DNA of 64,000 nt from Eledone cirrhosa (taxonomy: Eukaryota). Of this stretch, positions 35,401-50,400 are shown piece by piece; within the stretch, counting starts at the first letter, position 1, and every line of letters starts with the position of its first letter. A program made the translations under genes and the position numbers. Where the stretch lies: the NCBI GenBank assembly GCA_964016885.1, contig OZ024754.1:8494001-8558000 (forward strand), in the 5' to 3' direction. The notes below the pieces were generated by a model. That model was not told the DNA's origin. It ran no database searches and was given only the letters and a program-made list of their open reading frames with translations.

Positions 35401-38400
35401 CTAGACTTGTTACCAAGGATGTCATCACAACTAATTAAACCAACCTTACTTCCATCTCCCTACATTCCTAGCTAGACTTGTTACCAAGGATGTCATCACA
35501 ACTAATTAAACCAACCTTACTTCCATCTCCCTACATTCCTAGCTAGGCTTGTTACCAACGTTGACATCACAACTAATTAAACCAACCTTACTTCCATCTC
35601 CCTACATTCCTAGCTAGGCTTGTTACCAACGTTGACATCACAACTAATTAAACCAACCTTACTTCCATCTCCCTACATTCCTAGCTAGGCTTGTTACCAA
35701 CGTTGACATCACAACTAATTAAACCAACCTTACTTCCATCTCCCTACATTCCTAGCTAGGCTTGTTACCAACGTTGACATCACAACTAATTAAACCAACC
35801 TTACTTCCATCTCCCTACATTCCTAGCTAGACTTGTTACCAAGGATGTCATCACAACTAATTAAACCAACCTTACTTCCATCTCCCTACATTCCTAGCTA
35901 GGCTTGTTACCAACGTTGACATCACAACTAATTAAACCAACCTTACTTCCATCTCCCTACATTCCTAGCTAGGCTTGTTACCAACGTTGACATCACAACT
36001 AATTAAACCAACCTTACTTCCATCTCCCTACATTCCTAGCTAGGCTTGTTACCAACGTTGACATCACAACTAATTAAACCAACCTTACTTCCATCTCCCT
36101 ACATTCCTAGCTAGGCTTGTTACCAACGTTGACATCACAACTAATTAAACCAACCTTACTTCCATCTCCCTACATTCCTAGCTAGGCTTGTTACCAAGGA
36201 TGTCATCACAACTAATTAAACCAACCTTACTTCCATCTCCCTACATTCCTAGCTAGACTTGTTACCAAGGATGTCATCACAACTAATTAAACCAACCTTA
36301 CTTCCATCTCCCTACATTCCTAGCTAGACTTGTTACCAAGGATGTCATCACAACTAATTAAACCAACCTTACTTCCATCTCCCTACATTCCTAGCTAGAC
36401 TTGTTACCAAGGATGTCATCACAACTAATTAAACCAACCTTACTTCCATCTCCCTACATTCCTAGCTAGACTTGTTACCAAGGATGTCATCACAACTAAT
36501 TAAACCAACCTTACTTCCATCTCCCTACATTCCTAGCTAGACTTGTTACCAACGTTGACATCACAACTAATTAAACCAACCTTACCTCCATCTCCCTACA
36601 TTCCTAGCTAGACTTGTTACCAAGGATGTCATCACAACTAATTAAACCAACCTTACCTCCATCTCCCTACATTCCTAGCTAGACTTGTTACCAAGGATTT
36701 CATCACAACTAATTAAACCAACCTTACTTCCATCTCCCTACATTCCTAGCTAGGCTTGTTACCAACGTTGACATCACAACTAATTAAACCAACCTTACTT
36801 CCATCTCCCTACATTCCTAGCTAGGCTTGTTACCAACGTTGACATCACAACTAATTAAACCAACCTTACTTCCATCTCCCTACATTCCTAGCTAGGCTTG
36901 TTACCAAGGATGTCATCACAACTAATTAAACCAACCTTACTTCCATCTCCCTACATTCCTAGCTAGACTTGTTACCAAGGATGTCATCACAACTAATTAA
37001 ACCAACCTTACTTCCATCTCCCTACATTCCTAGCTAGACTTGTTACCAAGGATGTCATCACAACTAATTAAACCAACCTTACTTCCATCTCCCTACATTC
37101 CTAGCTAGACTTGTTACCAAGGATGTCATCACAACTAATTAAACCAACCTTACTTCCATCTCCCTACATTCCTAGCTAGACTTGTTACCAAGGATGTCAT
37201 CACAACTAATTAAACCAACCTTACTTCCATCTCCCTACATTCCTAGCTAGACTTGTTACCAAGGATGTCATCACAACTAATTAAACCAACCTTACTTCCA
37301 TCTCCCTACATTCCTAGCTAGACTTGTTACCAACGTTGACATCACAACTAATTAAACCAACCTTACCTCCATCTCCCTACATTCCTAGCTAGACTTGTTA
37401 CCAAGGATGTCATCACAACTAATTAAACCAACCTTACTTCCATCTCCCTACATTCCTAGCTAGACTTGTTACCAACGTTGACATCACAACTAATTAAACC
37501 AACCTTACCTCCATCTCCCTACATTCCTAGCTAGACTTGTTACCAAGGATGTCATCACAACTAATTAAACCAACCTTACCTCCATCTCCCTACATTCCTA
37601 GCTAGACTTGTTACCAACGTTGACATCACAACTAATTAAACCAACCTTACTTCCATCTCCCTACATTCCTAGCTAGACTTGTTACCAACGTTGACATCAC
37701 AACTAATTAAACCAACCTTACCTCCATCTCCCTACATTCCTAGCTAGACTTGTTACCAAGGATGTCATCACAACTAATTAAACCAACCTTACTTCCATCT
37801 CCCTACATTCCTAGCTAGGCTTGTTACCAAGGATGTCATCACAACTAATTAAACCAACCTTACCTCCATCTCCCTACATTCCTAGCTAGACTTGTTACCA
37901 ACGTTGACATCACAACTAATTAAACCAACCTTACCTCCATCTCCCTACATTCCTAGCTAGACTTGTTACCAAGGATGTCATCACAACTAATTAAACCAAC
38001 CTTACTTCCATCTCCCTACATTCCTAGCTAGACTTGTTACCAACGTTGACATCACAACTAATTAAACCAACCTTACTTCCATCTCCCTACATTCCTAGCT
38101 AGACTTGTTACCAACGTTGACATCACAACTAATTAAACCAACCTTACCTCCATCTCCCTACATTCCTAGCTAGACTTGTTACCAAGGATGTCATCACAAC
38201 TAATTAAACCAACCTTACTTCCATCTCCCTACATTCCTAGCTAGACTTGTTACCAAGGATGTCATCACAACTAATTAAACCAACCTTACTTCCATCTCCC
38301 TACATTCCTAGCTAGACTTGTTACCAACGTTGACATCACAACTAATTAAACCAACCTTACCTCCATCTCCCTACATTCCTAGCTAGACTTGTTACCAACG

Positions 38401-41400
38401 TTGACATCACAACTAATTAAACCAATCTTACCTCCATCTCCCTACATTCCTAGCTAGACTTGTTACCAAGGATTTCATCACAACTAATTAAACCAACCTT
38501 ACTTCCATCTCCCTACATTCCTAGCTAGACTTGTTACCAACGATGTCATCACAACTAATTAAACCAACCTTACTTCCATCTCCCTACATTCCTAGCTAGA
38601 CTTGTTACCAACGTTGACATCACAACTAATTAAACCAACCTTACCTCCATCTCCCTACATTCCTAGCTAGACTTGTTACCAAGGATGTCATCACAACTAA
38701 TTAAACCAACCTTACTTCCATCTCCCTACATTCCTAGCTAGGCTTGTTACCAACGTTGACATCACAACTAATTAAACCAACCTTACCTCCATCTCCCTAC
38801 ATTCCTAGCTAGACTTGTTACCAACGTTGACATCACAACTAATTAAACCAATCTTACCTCCATCTCCCTACATTCCTAGCTAGACTTGTTACCAAGGATT
38901 TCATCACAACTAATTAAACCAACCTTACTTCCATCTCCCTACATTCCTAGCTAGACTTGTTACCAACGTTGACATCACAACTAATTAAACCAACCTTACT
39001 TCCATCTCCCTACATTCCTAGCTAGACTTGTTACCAACGTTGACATCACAACTAATTAAACCAACCTTACCTCCATCTCCCTACATTCCTAGCTAGACTT
39101 GTTACCAACGTTGACATCACAACTAATTAAACCAATCTTACCTCCATCTCCCTACATTCCTAGCTAGACTTGTTACCAAGGATGTCATCACAACTAATTA
39201 AACCAACCTTACTTCCATCTCCCTACATTCCTAGCTAGGCTTGTTACCAACGTTGACATCACAACTAATTAAACCAACCTTACCTCCATCTCCCTACATT
39301 CCTAGCTAGGCTTGTTACCAACGTTGACATCACAACTAATTAAACCAACCTTACCTCCATCTCCCTACATTCCTAGCTAGACTTGTTACCAACGATGTCA
39401 TCACAACTAATTAAACCAACCTTACTTCCATCTCCCTACATTCCTAGCTAGGCTTGTTACCAACGTTGACATCACAACTAATTAAACCAACCTTACCTCC
39501 ATCTCCCTACATTCCTAGCTAGACTTGTTACCAAGGATTTCATCACAACTAATTAAACCAACCTTACTTCCATCTCCCTACATTCCTAGCTAGACTTGTT
39601 ACCAAGGATGTCATCACAACTAATTAAACCAACCTTACCTCCATCTCCCTACATTCCTAGCTAGACTTGTTACCAACGATGTCATCACAACTAATTAAAC
39701 CAACCTTACTTCCATCTCCCTACATTCCTAGCTAGACTTGTTACCAACGATGTCATCACAACTAATTAAACCAACCTTACTTCCATCTCCCTACATTCCT
39801 AGCTAGACTTGTTACCAAGGATGTCATCACAACTAATTAAACCAACCTTACTTCCATCTCCCTACATTCCTAGCTAGACTTGTTACCAAGGATGTCATCA
39901 CAACTAATTAAACCAACCTTACTTCCATCTCCCTACATTCCTAGCTAGACTTGTTACCAAGGATGTCATCACAACTAATTAAACCAACGTTACTTCCATC
40001 TCCCTACATTCCTAGCTAGACTTGTTACCAAGGATTTCATCACAACTAATTAAACCAACCTTACTTCCATCTCCCTACATTCCTAGCTAGACTTGTTACC
40101 AAGGATGTCATCACAACTAATTAAACCAACCTTACTTCCATCTCCCTACATTCCTAGCTAGACTTGTTACCAAGGATGTCATCACAACTAATTAAACCAA
40201 CCTTACCTCCATCTCCCTACATTCCTAGCTAGACTTGTTACCAAGGATGTCATCACAACTAATTAAACCAACCTTACTTCCATCTCCCTACATTCCTAGC
40301 TAGACTTGTTACCAAGGATGTCATCACAACTAATTAAACCAACCTTACTTCCATCTCCCTACATTCCTAGCTAGACTTGTTACCAAGGATGTCATCACAA
40401 CTAATTAAACCAACCTTACCTCCATCTCCCTACATTCCTAGCTAGACTTGTTACCAAGGATGTCATCACAACTAATTAAACCAACCTTACCTCCATCTCC
40501 CTACATTCCTAGCTAGACTTGTTACCAAGGATGTCATCACAACTAATTAAACCAACCTTACTTCCATCTCCCTACATTCCTAGCTAGACTTGTTACCAAG
40601 GATGTCATCACAACTAATTAAACCAACCTTACCTCCATCTCCCTACATTCCTAGCTAGACTTGTTACCAAGGATGTCATCACAACTAATTAAACCAACCT
40701 TACCTCCATCTCCCTACATTCCTAGCTAGACTTGTTACCAACGATGTCATCACAACTAATTAAACCAACCTTACCTCCATCTCCCTACATTCCTAGCTAG
40801 ACTTGTTACCAAGGATGTCATCACAACTAATTAAACCAACCTTACTTCCATCTCCCTACATTCCTAGCTAGACTTGTTACCAACGTTGACATCACAACTA
40901 ATTAAACCAACCTTACTTCCATCTCCCTACATTCCTAGCTAGACTTGTTACCAAGGATGTCATCACAACTAATTAAACCAACCTTACCTCCATCTCCCTA
41001 CATTCCTAGCTAGACTTGTTACCAAGGATGTCATCACAACTAATTAAACCAACCTTACTTCCATCTCCCTACATTCCTAGCTAGACTTGTTACCAAGGAT
41101 GTCATCACAACTAATTAAACCAACCTTACCTCCATCTCCCTACATTCCTAGCTAGACTTGTTACCAAGGATGTCATCACAACTAATTAAACCAACCTTAC
41201 CTCCATCTCCCTACATTCCTAGCTAGACTTGTTACCAACGATGTCATCACAACTAATTAAACCAACCTTACCTCCATCTCCCTACATTCCTAGCTAGACT
41301 TGTTACCAACGTTGACATCACAACTAATTAAACCAACCTTACCTCCATCTCCCTACATTCCTAGCTAGACTTGTTACCAACGATGTCATCACAACTAATT

Positions 41401-44400
41401 AAACCAACCTTACCTCCATCTCCCTACATTCCTAGCTAGACTTGTTACCAACGTTGACATCACAACTAATTAAACCAACCTTACCTCCATCTCCCTACAT
41501 TCCTAGCTAGGCTTGTTACCAACGATGTCATCACAACTAATTAAACCAACCTTACCTCCATCTCCCTACATTCCTAGCTAGGCTTGTTACCAACGATGTC
41601 ATCACAACTAATTAAACCAACCTTACCTCCATCTCCCTACATTCCTAGCTAGACTTGTTACCAACGTTGACATCACAACTAATTAAACCAACCTTACTTC
41701 CATCTCCCTACATTCCTAGCTAGACTTGTTACCAACGATGTCATCACAACTAATTAAACCAACCTTACCTCCATCTCCCTACATTCCTAGCTAGACTTGT
41801 TACCAACGTTGACATCACAACTAATTAAACCAACCTTACCTCCATCTCCCTACATTCCTAGCTAGGCTTGTTACCAACGATGTCATCACAACTAATTAAG
41901 CCAACCTTACCTCCATCTCCCTACATTCCTAGCTAGACTTGTTACCAACGTTGACATCACAACTAATTAAACCAACCTTACCTCCATCTCCCTACATTCC
42001 TAGCTAGACTTGTTACCAACGATGTCATCACAACTAATTAAACCAACCTTACTTCCATCTCCCTACATTCCTAGCTAGGCTTGTTACCAACGTTGACATC
42101 ACAACTAATTAAACCAACCTTACTTCCATCTCCCTACATTCCTAGCTAGGCTTGTTACCAACGATGTCATCACAACTAATTAAACCAACCTTACTTCCAT
42201 CTCCCTACATTCCTAGCTAGACTTGTTACCAACGATGTCATCACAACTAATTAAACCAACCTTACTTCCATCTCCCTACATTCCTAGCTAGGCTTGTTAC
42301 CAAGGATGTCATCACAACTAATTAAACCAACCTTACTTCCATCTCCCTACATTCCTAGCTAGGCTTGTTACCAACGTTGACATCACAACTAATTAAACCA
42401 ACCTTACCTCCATCTCCCTACATTCCTAGCTAGACTTGTTACCAAGGATGTCATCACAACTAATTAAACCAACCTTACTTCCATCTCCCTACATTCCTAG
42501 CTAGACTTGTTACCAAGGATGTCATCACAACTAATTAAACCAACCTTACTTCCATCTCCCTACATTCCTAGCTAGACTTGTTACCAAGGATGTCATCACA
42601 ACTAATTAAACCAACCTTACCTCCATCTCCCTACATTCCTAGCTAGACTTGTTACCAAGGATGTCATCACAACTAATTAAACCAACCTTACTTCCATCTC
42701 CCTACATTCCTAGCTAGACTTGTTACCAACGTTGACATCACAACTAATTAAACCAACCTTACCTCCATCTCCCTACATTCCTAGCTAGACTTGTTACCAA
42801 CGTTGACATCACAACTAATTAAACCAACCTTACTTCCATCTCCCTACATTCCTAGCTAGACTTGTTACCAACGATGTCATCACAACTAATTAAACCAACC
42901 TTACTTCCATCTCCCTACATTCCTAGCTAGACTTGTTACCAACGTTGACATCACAACTAATTAAACCAACCTTACCTCCATCTCCCTACATTCCTAGCTA
43001 GACTTGTTACCAACGTTGACATCACAACTAATTAAACCAACCTTACTTCCATCTCCCTACATTCCTAGCTAGACTTGTTACCAAGGATGTCATCACAACT
43101 AATTAAACCAACCTTACCTCCATCTCCCTACATTCCTAGCTAGACTTGTTACCAACGTTGACATCACAACTAATTAAACCAACCTTACTTCCATCTCCCT
43201 ACATTCCTAGCTAGACTTGTTACCAAGGATGTCATCACAACTAATTAAACCAACCTTACCTCCATCTCCCTACATTCCTAGCTAGACTTGTTACCAACGT
43301 TGACATCACAACTAATTAAACCAACCTTACTTCCATCTCCCTACATTCCTAGCTAGACTTGTTACCAAGGATGTCATCACAACTAATTAAACCAACCTTA
43401 CCTCCATCTCCCTACATTCCTAGCTAGACTTGTTACCAACGTTGACATCACAACTAATTAAACCAACCTTACTTCCATCTCCCTACATTCCTAGCTAGAC
43501 TTGTTACCAAGGATGTCATCACAACTAATTAAACCAACCTTACCTCCATCTCCCTACATTCCTAGCTAGACTTGTTACCAACGTTGACATCACAACTAAT
43601 TAAACCAACCTTACCTCCATCTCCCTACATTCCTAGCTAGACTTGTTACCAACGATGTCATCACAACTAATTAAACCAACCTTACTTCCATCTCCCTACA
43701 TTCCTAGCTAGACTTGTTACCAACGATGTCATCACAACTAATTAAACCAACCTTACTTCCATCTCCCTACATTCCTAGCTAGACTTGTTACCAACGATGT
43801 CATCACAACTAATTAAACCAACCTTACTTCCATCTCCCTACATTCCTAGCTAGACTTGTTACCAACGATGTCATCACAACTAATTAAACCAACCTTACTT
43901 CCATCTCCCTACATTCCTAGCTAGACTTGTTACCAAGGATGTCATCACAACTAAACCAACCTTACCTCCATCTCCCTACATTCCTAGCTAGACTTGTTAC
44001 CAACGATGTCATCACAACTAATTAAACCAACCTTACCTCCATCTCCCTACATTCCTAGCTAGACTTGTTACCAACGTTGACATCACAACTAATTAAACCA
44101 ACCTTACCTCCATCTCCCTACATTCCTAGCTAGACTTGTTACCAAGGATGTCATCACAACTAAACCAACCTTACCTCCATCTCCCTACATTCCTAGCTAG
44201 ACTTGTTACCAAGGATGTCATCACAACTAAACCAACCTTACCTCCATCTCCCTACATTCCTAGCTAGACTTGTTACCAACGATGTCATCACAACTAATTA
44301 AACCAACCTTACCTCCATCTCCCTACATTCCTAGCTAGACTTGTTACCAAGGATTTCATCACAACTAATTAAACCAACCTTACTTCCATCTCCCTACATT

Positions 44401-47400
44401 CCTAGCTAGACTTGTTACCAACGTTGACATCACAACTAATTAAACCAACCTTACTTCCATCTCCCTACATTCCTAGCTAGACTTGTTACCAAGGATGTCA
44501 TCACAACTAATTAAACCAACCTTACCTCCATCTCCCTACATTCCTAGCTAGACTTGTTACCAACGATGTCATCACAACTAATTAAACCAACCTTACTTCC
44601 ATCTCCCTACATTCCTAGCTAGACTTGTTACCAAGGATGTCATCACAACTAATTAAACCAACCTTACCTCCATCTCCCTACATTCCTAGCTAGACTTGTT
44701 ACCAAGGATGTCATCACAACTAATTAAACCAACCTTACCTCCATCTCCCTACATTCCTAGCTAGACTTGTTACCAAGGATGTCATCACAACTAATTAAAC
44801 CAACCTTACCTCCATCTCCCTACATTCCTAGCTAGACTTGTTACCAACGATGTCATCACAACTAATTAAACCAACCTTACTTCCATCTCCCTACATTCCT
44901 AGCTAGACATGTTACCAAGGATGTCATCACAACTAATTAAACCAACCTTACCTCCATCTCCCTACATTCCTAGCTAGACTTGTTACCAACGTTGACATCA
45001 CAACTAATTAAACCAACCTTACTTCCATCTCCCTACATTCCTAGCTAGACTTGTTACCAAGGATGTCATCACAACTAATTAAACCAACCTTACCTCCATC
45101 TCCCTACATTCCTAGCTAGACTTGTTACCAACGTTGACATCACAACTAATTAAACCAACCTTACCTCCATCTCCCTACATTCCTAGCTAGACTTGTTACC
45201 AAGGATGTCATCACAACTAAACCAACCTTACTTCCATCTCCCTACATTCCTAGCTAGACTTGTTACCAAGGATGTCATCACAACTAAACCAACCTTACTT
45301 CCATCTCCCTACATTCCTAGCTAGACTTGTTACCAAGGATGTCATCACAACTAATTAAACCAACCTTACCTCCATCTCCCTACATTCCTAGCTAGACTTG
45401 TTACCAACGTTGACATCACAACTAATTAAACCAACCTTACCTCCATCTCCCTACATTCCTAGCTAGACTTGTTACCAAGGATGTCATCACAACTAATTAA
45501 ACCAACCTTACTTCCATCTCCCTACATTCCTAGCTAGACTTGTTACCAAGGATGTCATCACAACTAAACCAACCTTACCTCCATCTCCCTACATTCCTAG
45601 CTAGACTTGTTACCAAGGATGTCATCACAACTAAACCAACCTTACCTCCATCTCCCTACATTCCTAGCTAGACTTGTTACCAAGGATGTCATCACAACTA
45701 ATTAAACCAACCTTACTTCCATCTCCCTACATTCCTAGCTAGACTTGTTACCAAGGATGTCATCACAACTAAACCAACCTTACCTCCATCTCCCTACATT
45801 CCTAGCTAGACTTGTTACCAAGGATGTCATCACAACTAAACCAACCTTACCTCCATCTCCCTACATTCCTAGCTAGACTTGTTACCAAGGATGTCATCAC
45901 AACTAAACCAACCTTACCTCCATCTCCCTACATTCCTAGCTAGACTTGTTACCAACGTTGACATCACAACTAATTAAACCAACCTTACCTCCATCTCCCT
46001 ACATTCCTAGCTAGACTTGTTACCAAGGATTTCATCACAACTAATTAAACCAACCTTACTTCCATCTCCCTACATTCCTAGCTAGACTTGTTACCAAGGA
46101 TTTCATCACAACTAATTAAACCAACCTTACCTCCATCTCCCTACATTCCTAGCTAGACTTGTTACCAAGGATGTCATCACAACTAATTAAACCAACCTTA
46201 CTTCCATCTCCCTACATTCCTAGCTAGACTTGTTACCAAGGATGTCATCACAACTAATTAAACCAACCTTACTTCCATCTCCCTACATTCCTAGCTAGAC
46301 TTGTTACCAACGTTGACATCACAACTAATTAAACCAACCTTACCTCCATCTCCCTACATTCCTAGCTAGACTTGTTACCAAGGATGTCATCACAACTAAT
46401 TAAACCAGCCTTACTTCCATCTCCCTACATTCCTAGCTAGACTTGTTACCAAGGATGTCATCACAACTAATTAAACCAACCTTACCTCCATCTCCCTACA
46501 TTCCTAGCTAGACTTGTTACCAAGGATGTCATCACAACTAATTAAACCAACCTTACTTCCATCTCCCTACATTCCTAGCTAGACTTGTTACCAACGTTGA
46601 CATCACAACTAATTAAACCAACCTTACTTCCATCTCCCTACATTCCTAGCTAGACTTGTTACCAACGTTGACATCACAACTAATTAAACCAACCTTACCT
46701 CCATCTCCCTACATTCCTAGCTAGACTTGTTACCAAGGATTTCATCACAACTAATTAAACCAACCTTACTTCCATCTCCCTACATTCCTAGCTAGACTTG
46801 TTACCAACGTTGACATCACAACTAATTAAACCAACCTTACCTCCATCTCCCTACATTCCTAGCTAGACTTGTTACCAAGGATTTCATCACAACTAATTAA
46901 ACCAACCTTACTTCCATCNNNNNNNNNNNNNNNNNNNNNNNNNNNNNNNNNNNNNNNNNNNNNNNNNNNNNNNNNNNNNNNNNNNNNNNNNNNNNNNNNN
47001 NNNNNNNNNNNNNNNNNNNNNNNNNNNNNNNNNNNNNNNNNNNNNNNNNNNNNNNNNNNNNNNNNNNNNNNNNNNNNNNNNNNNNNNNNNNNNNNNNNNN
47101 NNNNNNNNNNNNNNNNNNGTTGACATCACAACTATTAAACCAACCTTACCTCCATCTCCCTACATTCCTAGCTAGACTTGTTACCAACGTTGACATCACA
47201 ACTAATTCAAACCAACCTTACCTCCATCTCCCTACATTCCTAGCTAGACTTGTTACCAGGAAGTTGACATCACAACTAATTAAACCAACCTTACCTCCAT
47301 CTCCCTACATTCCTAGCTAGACTTGTTACCAACGTTGACATCACAACTAATTAAACCAACCTTACTTCCATCTCCCTACATTCCTAGCTAGACTTGTTAC

Positions 47401-50400
47401 CAACGTTGACATCACAACTAATTAAACCAACCTTACTCCATCTCCCTACATTCCTAGCTAGGACTTGTTACCAACGTTGACATCACAACTAATTAAACCA
47501 CCTTACTTCCATCTCCCTACATTCTAGCTAGACTTGTTACCAACGTTGACATCACAACTAATTAAACCAACCTTACTTCCATCTCCCTACATTCCTAGCT
47601 AGACTTGTTACCAACGTTGACATCACAACTAATTAAACCAACCTTACTTCCATCTCCCTACATTCCTAGCTAGACTTGTTACCAACGTTGACATCACAAC
47701 TAATTAAACCAACCTTACTTCCATCTCCCTACATTCCTAGCTAGACTTGTTACCAACGTTGACATCACAACTAATTAAACCAACCTTACTTCCATCTCCC
47801 TACATTCCTAGCTAGACTTGTTACCAACGTTGACATCACAACTAATTAAACCAACCTTACTTCCATCTCCCTACATTCCTAGCTAGACTTGTTACCAACG
47901 TTGACATCACAACTAATTAAACCAACCTTACTTCCATCTCCCTACATTCCTAGCTAGACTTGTTACCAACGTTGACATCACAACTAATTAAACCAACCTT
48001 ACTTCCATCTCCCTACATTCCTAGCTAGACTTGTTACCAACGTTGACATCACAACTAATTAAACCAACCTTACTTCCATCTCCCTACATTCCTAGCTAGC
48101 TTGTTACCAACGTTGACATCACAACTAATTAAACCAACCTTACTTCCATCTCCCTACATTCCTAGCTAGACTTGTTACCAAGATGTCATCACAACTAATT
48201 AAACCAACCTTACCTCCATCTCCCTACATTCCTAGCTAGACTTGTTACCAACGTTGACATCACAACTAATTAAACCAACCTTACTTCCATCTCCCTACAT
48301 TCCTAGCTAGACTTGTTACCAACGATGTCATCACAACTAATTAAACCAACCTTACCTCCATCTCCCTACATTCCTAGCTAGACTTGTTACCAACGTTGAC
48401 ATCACAACTAATTAAACCAACCTTACTTCCATCTCCCTACATTCCTAGCTAGACTTGTTACCAACGTTGACATCACAACTAATTAAACCAACCTTACCTC
48501 CATCTCCCTACATTCCTAGCTAGACTTGTTACCAACGTTGACATCACAACTAATTAAACCAACCTTACTTCCATCTCCCTACATTCCTAGCTAGACTTGT
48601 TACCAACGTTGACATCACAACTAATTAAACCAACCTTACCTCCATCTCCCTACATTCCTAGCTAGACTTGTTACCAACGTTGACATCACAACTAATTAAA
48701 CCAACCTTACTTCCATCTCCCTACATTCCTAGCTAGACTTGTTACCAACGTTTGACATCACAACTAATTAAACCAACCTTACTCCATCTCCCTACATTCC
48801 TAGCTAGACTTGTTACCAACGTTGACATCACAACTAATTAAACCAACCTTACCTCCATCTCCCCTACATTCCTAGCTAGACTTGTTACCAACGTTGACAT
48901 CACAACTAATTAAACCAACCTTACTTCCATCTCCCTACATTCCTAGCTAGACTTGTTACCAACGATGTCATCACAACTAATTAAACCAACCTTACCTCCA
49001 TCTCCCTACATTCCTAGCTAGACTTGTTACCAACGTTGACATCACAACTAATTAAACCAACCTTACCTCCATCTCCCTACATTCCTAGCTAGACTTGTTA
49101 CCAACGTTGACATCACAACTAATTAAACCAACCTTACCTCCATCTCCCTACATTCCTAGCTAGACTTGTTACCAAGGTTGACATCACAACTAATTAAACC
49201 AACCTTACCTCCATCTCCCTACATTCCTAGCTAGGACTTGTTACCAACGTTGACATCACAACTAATTAAACCAACCTTACTTCCATCTCCCTACATTCCT
49301 AGCTAGACTTGTTACCAAGATTTCATCACAACTAATTAAACCAACCTTACCTCCATCTCCCTACATTCCTAGCTAGACTTGTTACCACGTTGACATCACA
49401 ACTAATTAAACCAACCTTACCTCCATCTCCCTACATTCCTAGCTAGACTTGTTACCAACGGATGTCATCACAACTAATTAAACCAACCTTACTTCCATCT
49501 CCCTACATTCCTAGCTAGACTTGTTACCAACGTTGACATCACAACTAATTAAACCAACCTTACTCCATCTCCCTACATTCCTAGCTAGACTTGTTACCAA
49601 CGTTGACATCACAACTAATTAAACCAACCTTACTTCCATCTCCCTACATTCCTAGCTAGACTTGTTACCAAGGATGTCATCACAACTAATTAACCAACCT
49701 TACTTCCATCTCCCTACATTCCTAGCTAGACTTGTTACCAACGTTGACATCACAACTAATTAAACCAACCTTACCTCCATCTCCCTACATTCCTAGCTAG
49801 ACTTGTTACCAACGTTGACATCACAACTAATTAACCAACCTTACTTCCATCTCCCTACATTCCTAGCTAGACTTGTTACCAAGGATGTCATCACAACTAA
49901 TTAAACCAACCTTACTTCCATCTCCCTACATTCCTAGCTAGACTTGTTACCAACGTTGACATCACAACTAATTAAACCAACCTTACTTCCATCTCCCTAC
50001 ATTCCTAGCTAGACTTGTTACCAAGGATGTCATCACAACTAATTAAACCAACCTTACTTCCATCTCCCTACATTCCTAGCTAGACTTGTTACCAACGTTG
50101 ACATCACAACTAATTAAACCAACCTTACCTCCATCTCCCTACATTCCTAGCTAGACTTGTTACCAAGGATGTCATCACAACTAATTAAACCAACCTTACC
50201 TTCCATCTCCCTACATTCCTAGCTAGACTTGTTACCAAGGATGTCATCACAACTAATTAAACCAACCTTACTTCCATCTCCCTACATTCCTAGCTAGACT
50301 TGTTACCAAGGATGTCATCACAACTAATTAAACCAACCTTACCTCCATCTCCCTACATTCCTAGCTAGACTTGTTACCAAGGATGTCATCACAACTAATT